Below the pieces are notes generated by a model. That model did not search any database. It saw only the letters and a list, made by a program, of their open reading frames with translations, and was not told the origin of the DNA. Source: Guillardia theta CCMP2712 (taxonomy: Eukaryota; Protista; Cryptophyta). Taken from it: DNA of 64,000 nt. The position numbers and the translations under genes were made by a program. This document shows, one piece after another, positions 29,801 through 45,900 of the stretch; within the stretch, counting starts at the first letter, position 1; the number at the start of each line of letters is the position of its first letter. The DNA lies in contig NW_005434594.1 of the NCBI RefSeq assembly GCF_000315625.1, positions 180,482 through 244,481 on the forward strand. The letters are read 5' to 3'.

Positions 29801-32800
29801 TGCAAAGAGCTGCCTCTCCTCGTCGTTGGAGAACGCTAGGTCGTACTTGAGCTCGATGACTTCCCCAGCTTCAGCTTCGTCTGGCTCGTGGTTGTACTTG
29901 ATTTCATCTTGGGGGATCCTGAGGAATTCATCGAAGGCCCATTCAGAGTTCTTGACGATGTTGTCTGAACTCGTCTCCCTCCCTTGACCTTCGAACTGCA
30001 GAGCATTGGTGCCAAACGACTTCATGAACTCTGGCGCGTATCCTCTATCCGACGTGGAGGCGAACTCCGAGCTTGTGGTCTCAATCTGCAACACGTGCGC
30101 GCCTTTCTCCCGATGAGTCAACGAGATGAAATCACTTTCTTCGGCCACCCGAGCAGATTCCTCGTCCTTATCATACATGTCCTTCTCACCTCTTGGCTGC
30201 TCATACTCCCAGAGGAAACTCGGGAGGCCGTATGCTACCTTGAACTCTTCAAAGTCTTCTTCCATCGTGCCCATGTTAGAGATGGGAGTACAGATCATCT
30301 CAACGCGGCTCTCCCTCTGCTTCTCAACCGTCCCTCTCCTCTTCACCTCGGGCAGCTGAGAGCCTTCATCTGAAGAACCAGCGACTTGGAAAGAAACAGC
30401 CATGCTATCCGCCCTGTCATACTCGGACGAAACGTTCCGACCGGACACATTCCTAGAATCAGTGTGCTCGGCGCACCTGTCCGTATCGCTCGACATGCCA
30501 AAGTGCGCTTCTCCTTGGACCAGCGCCTGCAGATGAGGAGGTTGGAACTCGTCTTGTTCGAAGATGGAGGTGACTGAGAAAGACTCGGCCCCGGCTTGAT
30601 AGCAGGATGCGCTTGTGCCCACTCGCTGCCCTTCCACTTGCTCAGGGAGGCTGATGGACTGCCATTTTCCGCCCTGACTTCCCACACGGATCTCAGAGCG
30701 AAATTGGAACGACGAGGCCTGGTTGATCATACGAGAGTCTCGGTCAACCTGGTCCCCATCAAGGTGCTTGTCTATCGGTCTTGACTCGCCCCCGTCTCCC
30801 AGGCTCCTTTCCGTCTTCCCCCCCGGGTCCTTCTCCTCGCTGAATTCCTCCATGGCATTGCACTTAGACGACCGGATCGCATCCACTGAGCTGAGAGCGC
30901 TCTGCTGCTGAGAAGGTGCTGCAGCAGCTGCGGCTGCGGCTGAGGTAGTGGAGGAGGCGGCAGAAGCAGCAGCATGCTTGACGTTGACACTGGCGCTGAC
31001 CTCCTTGGGTCTGTCGGCGACTGTTTGCTCCGCAGGTTGCGGGTCAACAGATGGATGAGAAGGTTCCTGAGGGGGAGCAGAGAGATCGACCGCCGGCTCA
31101 GTTGTTTCTCCTCCGACGACCCCAGCTGCTGACCCAGCAACGGCTTCCGGCGCAGGAGGCAAGACATGCGCAACCACGGGGATGTCGACGGTCTCGATCC
31201 CCTGGATCGGCTTGTCCTCGAAGTCATCTTCCTGCGCTGAGTCCCAGCCTTCGTCCCCTTGGGTGGCAGGGGCAGCGAAGTCAACATCAGGCTCCTTGGC
31301 TTGCACAGCTGGTTTTGTTTCTGATTCAGGAGCAGCGAGCTCGTGAGAGCTCTCTGGAGGAGCTTCTTCGTCAGGGATGCGAACGGCACTCTCGACAGGC
31401 GCAATCTCGATTTCTTGTTCCTCCACATCCTGTCCTTCGAAAACTACAGAAGCATCAGACTGCTCCGACCCCTGTTTCGATTCCGGCCGATCCCCGACTT
31501 CGGGTGTGGAAACAACTTCTTCCTGATCAGCTAGCGGCTCAACGGCCTCGACAAGCTCTGGGGATGGAGCCGTCTGATCTCCTTGCGCCTCTTCCCCCAT
31601 AGGCTCCTCTTGGGCCTGCGCCTGCATCTCCTGCTGCTGCAAGGCTGTATCACCCTCGAGCTCAGCCTAGTCAAACGGGTCAGACAACAAGATGAGATCC
31701 GATTTCACAACCTGTCCCGCATCAGGCTCAATCTCCGAGGCGTCGGCTGGCTGGATTTCAGCAGCTCGGAATACAGCCTCTGCCATCCTCGACTGCTCGG
31801 TGGCATCCGATATGTCGCCCCCTTCAAGGGGGATTAGCGCTTCCATAGGAGAAGTTTGCGGGGTGGTTTTGACGTTAGGTGGCTGCTTTTGGATGGAGGG
31901 CAACACGACAGGCTTTGCTGCTCCACCTGCTACGCTGCTCTCCCCCTGTACAGATTCCTGTGAAACCTTCTTCAATTTCATCTCAGCTGCCCGGGCTTTT
32001 GCCTCCGCCACTCTCAGCTTTTGTTCCGCCTCCAGCGCTTTCCTCTCTGCTTCCTCCCTCCGTTTCTTTTCTTCTCTCATGGACATCTTGAACTCTTGCT
32101 CTCTAGAACCCTTTTCCGGCCCTTTAGCAGTCCTTGCTTTCTCTTGGGTCCGCGACCCAGCACTCCGTGCCCTGCTGCCGGAGTTGGTGCTGAAAAAAAT
32201 ATCAAACGGAACAGAAATCACAATCATCAAACTCATTGATCACAGTTCCAAAACTGATGAAAGACAAAGAGAGGAGATATGAGGGAGACAATGCACTGAC
32301 CTCTGATTTTCTTGTGCAAGAACGTTCTCATCATTGACACTCGATGATGACTCTGATGCCGGTCTCTCTCGCTCCTGAACTTTCTTGCTGGACTTGGGGA
32401 GATGAGCCTTCTTCCCTTTGGTCTTGCTGGAGCTACGTTTTGTCTCAGGAAGTAAGACGAAATCCGGCGAGAACCCATCATCGAGGTCTCCCTGCACTGA
32501 GGAAGGAGCAGATGACAATATCAAGTCAAGATCCTCATCCGAACCACTCTCAGAGTGTTCGTGCTTCCTTCGATACGGCGAGGCGTTCTCTTCGTCCGAG
32601 TCCCTTCGTTTCGACTTCCTCTGCTTGTCTCTTGATCTCGTCCGCGACTTGGAAGGCCTCCTCGAGAACTTGTCATCTCTCCTCCTCTCGTCCTCCTCGT
32701 CCGAGACGTTTTCACTTTCCCGTGGATATTCCACCTGCATCGGAAGAGGATGACCCTTCTGCAGGCAAGGTATCTATCAGCACGATCAAAAGTGAGTGAA

Positions 32801-33617
32801 AGACACAACAGACCTCGTCAGATACTTCGAGGTGCTCACACCACAAGAGCCACACTCGATCCTCGGAATCGATCTTGAAGTTCACAACCATGTGCGTGAC
32901 GGTGAACAATTGATTCGAAACCAGGTTGATATGCTCGGATATGCATGCACACAATCTCTCCAGCTGCATGTAAAGGACATTTCCAGACATTGGGACTATG
33001 ACGCAGTATTGGTCGTCGTTGGTGCATGCCCGATCTTGCACCTCGAGCTCTGGATCGTTGAGCTTGTTGACATTGATGCAGGAGTCCATAGAGCACTCAG
33101 CCGATGACCACGAGACTCGGATCACAAAGTTGCTTGTTCCCTTGGGCAGAACAAACGATTGCAGCAGTCCTTGCTTCGTACGCCTAGAAGGCGGGGTGGA
33201 CAAGAAGAACTCGAGGCCAGCCTGTGAGAGAAATTCTGTGATGGGTTGAACATCTCCTGTCAAACAAAGGCATCAGCAAGACCGCTGCTGTGAAGGGATA
33301 CAGGCATCACCTGGAGCACTGCCTACGTAAGTACACACCACATCACTGTCATCGCCCACCCTTCTGATCAGTGCCTCAGAAATCTTATCTACATTCAGCT
33401 CCTTGGTTTTTCTCTGCAAAGTTCCTGTCTTCAGTGACGTGAAATACCATGCAATAGGCTGTTTGTTCTTCAGCAAGATGGTATCTGGCACCAAGACAGG
33501 GGGGCACTTGTGGTACATGCATCTTGTCTGCAAGAGGTTGTTCTTCGCCCAAAGGTATTCATAAAGGTGATCAACTAGCCCACTCCCTCCAAGAGGAGGC
33601 AATGAAACGTCGGCCAT
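26888..33617 (-). CDS. Very large (~2200 aa) multi-exon protein: N-terminal globular domain, acidic low-complexity middle with two internal repeat domains, C-terminal ankyrin repeats
   Basis: Exons ~33617-33310, 33261-32813, 32736-32300, 32194-31712 and 31666-26888 are joined by GT-AG introns. Ankyrin repeats: GNTLLNIAAQNGHKSIIKALLRRGA and GQTPLHFCFTYGY. Confidence 0.85.
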
Positions 33618-35083
33618 GATAGTCTACCTGATCACGTCACATGCTTCTATTTGCTGTTTGCCAGGACCAGCGAATTTCATTGAGTTCGACGCAAGGTATG
33701 GAAATCTCATTCATGGTGAGTGTTTGACATTGGACTACAGGTCCCTGGAGGATCACCATGTTAGTTCCATTGTAAGATATGTTCTTGCTTGCTGTGTAAT
33801 AAATTGTTTTTTTCAAACAAGACGGGATGGAATAAAACCAAGCCACATCACTTCAATCAAACAAATTGCATTGTTCAAATGCCCTGATTCTGCTATGTGT
33901 TGTGATATTTCCTTCTGCTTACATTCACATCGACAAATTCAAATAGCACCAACTACTGATCTTTGCAATTCAATATCCTATGTATGATATTCAGTTTTTC
34001 CCATAATTACATTCATTCATTTTCTGCCATTGCAGCTCCATCCTCCTACTCTTTCTCATCAAAATCCTTGGATTAGATCTTCCTGGAGCAAAGCTATTGT
34101 AATAGCGGCCCTAAAGCTATGTACAATCTAGCTGAAGGAAGTTCTAGCAGATCAGCAAGACATGCTTTTCGATCGAAAATGGTTGTACACAAATCAAGAG
34201 ACATACAGACAGGTATTCTTTCAATGACTTGATTCCATTCCTCAGCATCGCACATTGGTCCAGCCAGCGTTTTTTGCCGCCTTCCACGGCATAGCGAGCG
34301 CAACCGTTGGATACCAATTTGTGGTATACCCCCAAATGTATGGAGTTTCAAGTCAGGATTTGAAGTTTTGAAACACAGTTTTTTCAAATTGCTCGATTGG
34401 TATATTATTATTAATGTTATTATTGTATATTTGCAAGGTAAATCTATATTGAATCGTTATGACATAAAGTACGAATATACAGAAAACGAATAATAAAGAC
34501 TTATTGTTAGCAGTGAATGGTACTGATTCACAGTACCTCGTAGCGAGCAGTGACTACCAGTGACACACTAAAAACAATTATACTTTTAAAAGCCTTCAAA
34601 ATTCTTCTTTCAAATCTTCCTCGGGGATCGAAAAGCAGGTTTGCAAAAGAACAAGTGGACGGTGAACTCTGGTCAGTAAGACAGGGTGCGGCATTCGTAG
34701 TTTGAACTCCGAAGATCGTACAGTTGAGCGCTCTAGTGCACATCACACACTATTGTAAGCATCGTAGTCGTGTTGTGCGAAGAATCTCCTTGTCTCCATT
34801 GATGAGACCCCTGTTCAACCTGAATTCTCTACAAGTTCTGAAGACCGTACTGTATGAGAGCCGGACGGCAGTGCCGTTTCATCGACTTCTTACAAAGGCA
34901 ATGAAGTAGCAAAAGCACCCACAAGATACTGACAGCACGAAAGACGGCAGCGTGCTTCAATGCCATGCTTTGCCTGTACTCGAAATGAACTCAATCTTGA
35001 GACTTCCCATTTCATCAACATTGCATCGGCATTGGATCGTAAACCTCACTTGTTCTAACGCCTCATAAACATCATACGGTGAC

Positions 35084-35368
35084 TTGAACCTCTCGAAAGT
35101 CTACGAGCGCTTGAGGACGGTGAGTCGCAAGGTAACCCACAGCAATGAGACCGTTCCGACAGCAAGGAACTGGTGGAGCAAGCGTCAGTCAACGAGAGGT
35201 CCGGAAGCTCGAGAAGTGACCGCAGCTGTAGTCCAGGCCTCAGTGCTCGATATCTCCATGTCGCTGGGTGCCCTTGAGATAGAAAGTCACATCGAAGGAT
35301 TAGAACCATGGGCAAAGGGATCAGCAACGATCAAGTATAAAGTATCATGGGATACAAATGATACTTGA
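35084..35368 (+). CDS. Possible terminal exon of a hypothetical protein
   Basis: Protein-like ORF converging on the next gene. Upstream exons were not resolved. Confidence 0.25.
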   Translation: MNLSKVYERLRTVSRKVTHSNETVPTARNWWSKRQSTRGPEAREVTAAVVQASVLDISMSLGALEIESHIEGLEPWAKGSATIKYKVSWDTNDT

Positions 35369-35463
35369 AAGGTTTGAAGGTCGGCTCGTCGGTGGACGCA
35401 CAAATGTCAGTGACTGTCAAACACGATCAGAAGCAGACAACAGAGTAGGAGGTCATAGTTGTG

Positions 35464-36562
35464 TCAACCGAGATCATCATCCGACGGAGGGATTGCAGCG
35501 CGCTGTCGATCGTCGACTTGGGAAGTTTTGTTGACGGGGGCGGTTTGGGCCATGTTCTTGTTCACGGCTTCGCCGCCTTGCGAGGGTTCGACCTGCTGTG
35601 AGCATCAGCAAGAAGCAGGCAGCACACTGAGAGATCTACAAGAGCTTCGGCAGGAGTCTGAGACGACTTGGAGTCTGCGCCCTGGGCCTGAAGAAACGGA
35701 GAGAAGGAGAAGCGGTGGGGGGGGGGAAGAAGTGAGAAGCACGAGGCACCGGTCAGCTCCTTCAACTCACTGCTTCCTTCTGATGATTCGGTATTCCAGG
35801 ATCGCATTCCTCTGGGATATCCAAACCAGTTCTCTGAACCCTCTTATCATCATTTGCGACAAGATCAATCTTCGCTTTCACCTTCAAGAATTCTGACGCG
35901 GCTCCACCATTCGCGCCGCCTGATAGCGCTCTGAGCAACTGCCATCGCTGCATCAGTCCTTGCTGAGTTAAGTGCAACCTCGCTGGAACCTCCGATCTCG
36001 GCTGGCTCTGACTGTCACTGCCCTCGTCCTCGTCTGCTTGCATGGGGACTGGTTTGATGTATCCATCGGAATCCAACGATGGCCTCCTGCACATGCGCAT
36101 GTCAACAACCTGAAGTGAAGATGTATTCAGTTCACTCACAGCTCATTCAGTGATGGTAGCGCATCAGTGGATTTGAGCAGCTGCTCAAGGGAGTACCTGC
36201 GACATCCGGTATCAGGTGCTGGGCTGAGCACAACATCACAAAGAGAGGTACTTGTGTGCAGAGTCGTCTCCGGCTTTGACCTTGTCCTGCTCCTCATCAG
36301 GATGCACGTTGTTGTCCTGGGCAAACTTTAGACAGAAAACCGTGGTGCATTGAAATCGAACCTCGGGCGACGAAGTCGCATTTACAGGTTCAGCAACCTT
36401 CTCCTCTCTTGCCCCTTCCTCGACCTGCTTCTCGGCCTCTAGCTGAACTTGCTCCTGTGTCTCATCCTCTCTCTGCACAGCTTGATCGTCTCCTGCTTCT
36501 GCTGCTGCTGCTCCTCCTCCTCCTCCTCCTCCCTTGGCCTTGGAACTTTTCTTCCGCCCCAT
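35464..36562 (-). CDS. Hypothetical hydrophilic protein, multi-exon
   Basis: MGRKKSSKAK start and several short GT-AG introns. The frame can be followed to ...DDDLG* at 35464. Confidence 0.6.
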
Positions 36563-37336
36563 TTCTCTCTGATACTGCGATGACTCAAACCAACCCCTTG
36601 TAACATTCCCCTACCACTACCATGCTTTTTACACCCCACCCCTTTAAATCCTGTGTTCTGTAAAGTGAAACTCAATAAAGTACCCCTACTAAAAGTACCC
36701 CACCCTGTGATGTAAAAGTACGGGTTCACAAGATTGAGCAGCAATGCTGTACGTAGGAGAGTTGACGTGGTAGTGGAGGGGAACAGCATATGGCACGAGG
36801 AAGGGAGGGAGGCAGGGAGGAGGAGGAGGAGGAGGAGGAGGAGGAGAGATTGATGATGGAGACGATTTGAGAGATGGGGAGTGTGGAGCTGAGATACAGG
36901 AAACGAAGGGTTGTCTGAAACAGGAGGCTGCTGATGCAGATGTGTAAACAAGGAGGGGGGTGGAAGTGAAGGTAGACCTACGAAAAAGGTTTAGAAATCT
37001 ATCAGGGAATGTAATTCATTTCAATTTCGACATGAAACCTCACCCTCCATCTAAATAGCTCGTTACATTCAAGAGGAACTGGCAGAGTACAGATTCTGCT
37101 CTTTGTTGGGTTGTGGTGCCAGGTGTCTCGGTACCAGATCTGCCTCACACAGCTCTTGTGCATGATCTCCATGTGTTTTGCTAACTGCCCTGACTGATTC
37201 TTTCTCTCTCTCTCTCTCTCGCACTGTCTCAGGTCGCCATCTAAGACTCAGGCACTTGAGGCTGATGAGAGTGAAGTAGGAAGGGACTAGGGGTCGGGCA
37301 GTGAGTCTAGCCCTTGCCGTCGCATCCTCCTCCAAG

Positions 37337-39326
37337 ATGCCGGACATGCCGCCTCCTTCCGGTCGCTTTGACGTAGGGCAGAGCGACTGCTTCTGGAGGA
37401 AGGAAGGCAGAGCCATGGTCCTCCGCGTTTTCTACCCCATCGACAAGGTGCAGGCAAGCAGCAGCTCCAGCCTACCCTCCTCCCCCAGCACGGCGGGATG
37501 GTCTTCTTCTGCCTCTCCTCAAACGGCACATGCCTCCCTCGCACGGAACTTCTTCACCCTCAAGTGGACAGGAGGAGAGGAGGAGAGGAGGAGGGCGGAG
37601 TGGCTACCGGAGACGTACGGCGCACCATGTCCGAGTTATGCGGAGGGGTACGGGATCACCATGTACAATCTCATGCCCTGGATGCCTCCGGAGATCTGCA
37701 AGACCATCGGCAAGATCGGGCTGGGCCTGCTCTTCTCAGGTGTGAGGATTCCGACGTTCGCCGACGAGCCTCCGACGGCAGCGCTGGAAACGTTTGTTCC
37801 CATCATCTACTCCCACGGGCTAGGAGGGAACAGGAGCTGCTACTCGTCTGTCTGCATCGATCTTGCTTCCCATGGCTACGTCGTGTTTGCGCTGGAGCAC
37901 TCGGACGGATCCGCCAGCCTCAATGTTCTCCCTGACAAGACTGTAACGGAGTACAAGCACGCTCCGAGAAAAGCTTTTTTGCCATCCCCCAACCGCATCA
38001 AGAAAGGATTCACGGCGAGTCTAGTCCCTGAGGAACAGCGGCAGCCAGTGTCACAGTACGAGTTCAGGCATCAGCAGCTGGAGCAGCGGGTGGAGGTTAG
38101 GGATGGGATGTGAAGGATGTGCAGGCAGTTGACTTGTTGAGCAGGAGGTTCGATTTATCGCAGATGTCATCCAGGCCATCAGTGAAGGGAAGTTTGAGGG
38201 AGAGGAGTGGATGTCTAATGTGATCAAGAATGGAAATGTCTTTGCAAATAAGATCGACATGTCAAGGTTGGGCGGTATGGGACATTCTTTCGGAGCATGC
38301 ACTATCCTCAAGACGAGCTTCGTGGACTCACGTTTCAAGGTTCGTCCTGCTCTATCTACCTTGAATCACATTACGTCTTGCTCTCCCCTCCTCTTCTTTC
38401 ACGTCTTCACTTGTTTGCTCCTCTGTCTTGCAGCCAACTGAAGTGAAGCCAGGCCTGTGTCCTGCATGACTCCTGGCTGTTCCCACTCGACGAGAAGACT
38501 GCACATTCGGCGTTGACCTGCCCGACTTTGTTTCTCAACAGCTCGACCTTCGACAACATCTGGCCCACTGAAGGTGCCAAAGTGCAGAAGTCATTCGTGG
38601 AGGCAGCCAAGGAGTCAGGAGGAGAAGTTTATGTGATGCACTTGATCGGAACGAAGCATGCGAGCTTTGCTGACTTCCCCGTCCTTTTCTCCGATTTCTT
38701 CCTGGTTGTTTCCCCCCCTCCCCTCACTTCACCTCCCTTTCCTCCCCTTCCCTTCCTCTTCCTCTTCTCCCCTCACCTTCACTCCTCCTTTTCTCCCCTC
38801 CCCTCCCCTTTCCTCTCCTCCCCTTTCCTCTCCTCCCCTTTCCTCTCCTCCCCTTTCCTCTCCTCCCCTTTCCTCTCCTCCCCTTTCCTCCCCTCCCCTT
38901 TCCTCTCCTCCCCTTTCCTCCCCTCCCCTTTCCTCTTCTCCCCTTTCCTCTCCTCCAACATCCAAAATCCTTGCAAACATCCTTGACTGCTGGCTGACAT
39001 GTCGTGTGAAGAACTTGGGAGTCATCGGCCCAACAGACCCCAAGAAGGCGATGAGAGCAGTGCATGTGCGTTTTTGACGTCGACAACCGTTTGACGTCTC
39101 TGGTGACAGCCGTGACGGCATGCAGGCATGCGACGTCTCTTTCTTCAACTCCTACCTGCATGTCGAAGACTCAGACCGTCTTGGTGAGGAGGAGAGGAGG
39201 AGGAGGGCGTCGTGGATGAGAGGAGGAGGGCATGCTGGTGACCCTGGAGCAGAGAAGACGAACGAGTCCCTGTGGGCAAGCTTGTTTGTTGGGATCAGCA
39301 AGGAGGGCGAGAACACAGACACGTGA
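37337..39326 (+). CDS. Platelet-activating-factor acetylhydrolase family (alpha/beta hydrolase)
   Basis: YSHGLGGNR..YSSVCIDLASHGYVVFALEHSDGSA; nucleophile elbow GHSFG; HDSWLFPL; catalytic His in HASFADF. The 5' end may extend upstream. Confidence 0.9.
38803..38955. repeat. 15-bp minisatellite (TCCCCTTTCCTCTCC)n, intronic
   Basis: Directly visible, about 10 copies. Confidence 0.9.
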
Positions 39327-39974
39327 GGGATATTGCTTGTCTCCTCCTGCGCCACCTCTACACTTTCCCTTCTCTCGTCCTTTCCTCCCTCCTCTCCCTC
39401 CTCTCCCTCCCTCCTCCCTCCCTACCTCCCTGCACCTCTTCTCTCCTCCTCTCCTCCCCTCCTCCCCTCCTCAGCCCCACGTCCCATCATCTCCACTTTT
39501 CCTGCTCCTTGTCTTCCTTCCTTGACGTGCCAATCTCCTGCTTTCCTCCTACTCCCATGTAACTGCCCGGCATCAGGTCCCAATGGCGTCCTCCTCCTGA
39601 CTTCGAAGACCTTGTGGTTCCAGACTTCACGGTAAAGGAGGAGGAGAGGGGAGGAGGAGAGGAGGAGAGGAGACAGTATGTGAAGGTGATGGGAAGGCTA
39701 TGGGGGGGGAGACAGGGGAGAGGAAGAGGGGAGGAAAGGAAGGAAAGGGAGGAAAGGGAGGGAGCAGCAGCGGGGGTAATGAGGAGGGAAGGAAGGATGA
39801 TAGGGGGTAGGTGATAAACACGGAGCGAGGAAAGATCAAGATAGGATGCTTTACCAACGATCCGAGATCACTTCACATGGAGAAGTTGAGGTGAAGAATG
39901 ATTCTGTGAACTCGTTGCATCCTGACGGGTTGTGAACGTCGAAGTTTGTCAGAGACGTCATAACGAACTTTTTT

Positions 39975-40025
39975 AAGTTTTCTTCTCATTCAAGTTTTCT
40001 TCTCATTCAAGTTTTCTTCTCATTC
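39975..40025. repeat. 17-bp tandem repeat (AAGTTTTCTTCTCATTC)x3
   Basis: Directly visible, between convergent gene ends. Confidence 0.9.
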
Positions 40026-40294
40026 TCGTTTGCGCTACCGATGCGAGCACTACCGATCCCCTCACACGCTACTTTTCTGCTCCCAACTCTCTTCTCCTAC
40101 TCTCTCCATGGGTTACTTCCCCCTGCCCTCCTTGCCAACTCTCTCAAAAGTTTTTCTTCCTCTCCTCCCTCCCTCCTCCCTCCCTCCCTCCTCCCTCCCT
40201 CCCTCCCTCCCTCCCTCCCTCCTCCCTCCCCTCTCCTCTTCATTACAATAAATTTCTATCGCGCTTTTATTTATCACAGCATCGCACATCCGTT

Positions 40295-42315
<2,021 letters not shown>

Positions 42316-42796
42316 GGTTGACAAGTTGCGTTAGCCACTTGTAAGTTTCTCCTGACAAGGAAGGTTAGAACATGTTTCTGCGTGTATCCACTGCGCTCTG
42401 CGATGCCGGAATGAACTTGTTTTCCATACACAGGACCTTGGCTCCTTCTTCCTCTCTTCCTTCCTCCCCCTCCCTCCATGTATCACCTGCCCCTCCATCC
42501 TCCATCTCCATCACTGTGTCTTCTGCTTCCTTCATCTCTCCTCCTCCTCCTCCCTCCGTTCCTCCTCCCTCCCCCTTCCCTTCTCCCACCCTCTCCATTT
42601 GCCGCACGTGAAGATGCATATCGAATTCCTCAACCACCCAGGGAAATTAGTACCCACCCCAACAGACATGTACCCCTCTATCTTCCACATCTACCCTTGT
42701 TTTTGACCTTGGACAGGCTCCATAATAACCCTACCATTGGAAAATAACTACCCAACCCCCAGAGCAGTAGATAAACCCAATCGGAGCTAGAGCGAA

Positions 42797-42918
<122 letters not shown>

Positions 42919-42975
42919 TGCAACAGAGCGGAATGGAATATGATCGTGGGGTGTGTCTCCAAGAAGAGGGGGGGT

Positions 42976-45900
42976 TTATTCGTTCCTCTCCTTCACTTTG
43001 ATCAGCTCCACACACCAGTTGGAGCAGTCCCAATAGCTCCTCTCTACAGAGGCGTACGAGATACCTTCACATAGTCTTGGCAGCTGCGCAGAAATTATCG
43101 GGGTGGAAACTTGCAATGAGAGGCATGCGATAGCATATGAAACAGAATGACAACACACGATCATCGAGTGATGATGGAATGAAGGAGGGAGAGGAGGTGG
43201 GTGGCGGGGGGGGGGGGGGGAGTGGGGCGAGGAGAGGGAGGGAAGGAGTGAAGGAGAGGAGGCAGGGCGATGACAGAGAGTTGGGCAAGGAGGGCGAAGA
43301 GGGAGGAAGAGTAGGAAGGCAAGAAGGCAAGCAGGCAAGAAGAGGAGCACAGGGAGGGAGGGGCAGGAGATGAGCTGATAGGTCTTACCTCATCTTCGAC
43401 ATAGAGGTGGCAGTACCTTTGAACATGGACGTTGTCTTTCCCTGGAGAAGAAAACGCTTCAGGCACGCGGCGGCCATGGTGTGAGAGGATAGTACCGTCG
43501 GTGGTAGGAAGGCTCCATGGTACCATCTCGTCGGAGTTGGAGAAGTGAAACCTCGATTCACTCCCTTGCTCCTTGGCCCACGCGTAGATGAGGACTCTTC
43601 CTCCTACCTTGACGAGCCGGAGGAGCTCCTGCCATCTGGTCAGACGAGCCTCCGGCCGTGTCGCCTCGCACCTCGATCGCGTTGAGCCGCCTTGCAGGCG
43701 TGGAAAGATGGTGTAAAACCTGCATGAGATGGTAAGATGTCGAGGAAGGTTAACGCGGACAGTACGGCGATCGAGATGGCAGCATCGAAGGCGCGGGAGC
43801 GGAGTGGTACCGAGACGGCGTCTCCTATGCTAAGAGCTCCTGAACTGACTTTGAGTGTCTCGGCTTTCGTAACAGGTGGAGATATGGGCGGGAAGAGGCA
43901 GGGGCGTGAAGTAAACGAAGAGGAGGAAACGGAAAGGGTAACGCGCGGAAGGGAGAGGGGGGGGGGCACGAGAGGGAGACGGACGAGGGGGAGAGGAGAA
44001 GGGGAGATGCGAAGGGTATAGGGAGCACAAGGACCTTTGATCACTGCTTTCTCTGTAGCATGTTCGACGAGCCCTTTGCAACGATCTAGCGCAATTACGG
44101 CAATATGCTTTGCACAAGCAAGATATCTTTGAGGCAGGTCAGAGAACATCTGTTGCCGTCATCAGAAAAGTATCGCTCACCTCCCATTGCCGCATCCAAC
44201 ATCAGCAACGATCGATCCGAAAGGAAGTCCCTGTAGGAACGCAGCAACCTTTGGCCATGGTTTGTATCTTAGCAAGTCAAACATCGTGAGTTGCCAATAG
44301 AGACCGTCGTTGCCGCACCTCGTCTCGCTGAAGTGACTTGCAATTGTATCATACACCTCATGTACATGCCTCCTCTCAATCTCGGGCTCCTTATCCCCTG
44401 CTTGCAGAAGCTACAGATCACTGCTCTGTTGCAACTTTCGATCTCTCTATCGTTACCGTCAGCATGATGGAGAAGAGTCAGTGGGTCTAACTCAGTCCCA
44501 TCCTATCAAGATATTGTGAGAGATAACAATTCATGACTTCTCCAACACCTACCGTGTATTGTACAGTGCGAGGTTTAGGGATCGGTGCTAATTGCGAGTC
44601 ACATTGCTCGGGAAATTCACATTTACACGGGGACGTCTTGATCTGCAAACATCATGAGTGACTTACATACACGTAGAAGACTTCACCTTTCGAAATGTCA
44701 TCGACACTCTCCTACATCTCTGCACAAATTTACCATCGACCAAGTCGCTCTTTCTGTTTGAAATTCCGTGCGCCCACTGGACGAGCGAGTGTTATCAAAG
44801 TCCTTCGACACACTAGCTCTCCTATCACCTTGTACCTCGATTCTCCCTGCATTGAGAGAGCACTTCCTGGTTTCAGCTGTACATTCTTCGAAAGCCCGTC
44901 GGGGGATCGAAACTCCATCACTACGGAGGATCCAAGGGAGACTGAAAGTATCCCATCCTGTTGGTGGCTAGCCGTCAGCAACTATCCAACATGAAACAAG
45001 AAGAGTGAAAGGGTTCTGAAGGAATCAGCAAGAAATTTTTGCCATCTCCACAAACAGGAGGCCTCACCTCAAACGCACTATGCGTGTCGACATGGCTCCT
45101 GATTCCCTGGCCGGGCTGATATTCATTCACCGTGCATTGATCCGGTTCGAAGAGAAGTAGTTTCTCCCTAAGTGCCCGCTGAGCTATTCTCAGGAGGAAA
45201 GGAGGAAACGCTCTTGTCTTGAGAGTGTTGACCCGCCTTGTCGCATAATCGAATGTGAAGCCAAAATGCTGAACTCTTCGGGACAGCGACGACTCCCATT
45301 CCAACTCGTCCAGCTTTATGATGAAGTCAATTTCAAATCCAAGGCGTGTAAGACCCAACACACCTGGTTCAAAGTATCCTCGCTCTCCTCAGGAGACAAG
45401 AAGTCTTCCTTCAATATCAATCCTTCAACTACCAGATCCTTGGACAGTGAAGTGCAGGGAATGGCAGGATTGGGCTCGCCCGGCCTCTTTTCACAGGCCT
45501 CGGCATATTGTACATGTACTAACTTGCCAGAAAGACCGCTTTCACTGTCACTCGTCATCTCACCAAGAGGGCAAGGAGAGGTATACCGCAAGAACGAACA
45601 GGCTTTCCTGGCCGAGCCTTGCACCAAACATCATTATCGTCACACTCACGAATGCCGCTGATACCTTCATCGACGAAGGTCACGTAGGCAACGGGTTTGT
45701 CTGTCTCAAGGAGCAAGTCAAAGAGATTCACATCGACATGTACTGAGCGCACATGGAACTAAGAACATCGTCTCGACCTCTCCAAACTCTGAGCACACAG
45801 GGAAGAGTGGGTGGCTGCGCCAATCTTGCGAGCTGTCATGCTACATCCAGCCGTCAGCACCAGCCACCAGCACCAGCAGTACCTCAGGCAGGTTGGCACA

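Noticed and set aside
33616-34909. Short ORFs in the AT-rich region
   Set aside because: No recognisable motifs and no consistent exon chain could be built; a small gene cannot be excluded
17528-40025. Short tandem repeats (11, 15 and 17 bp) as CRISPR-like arrays
   Set aside because: No spacers, no cas genes, eukaryotic context
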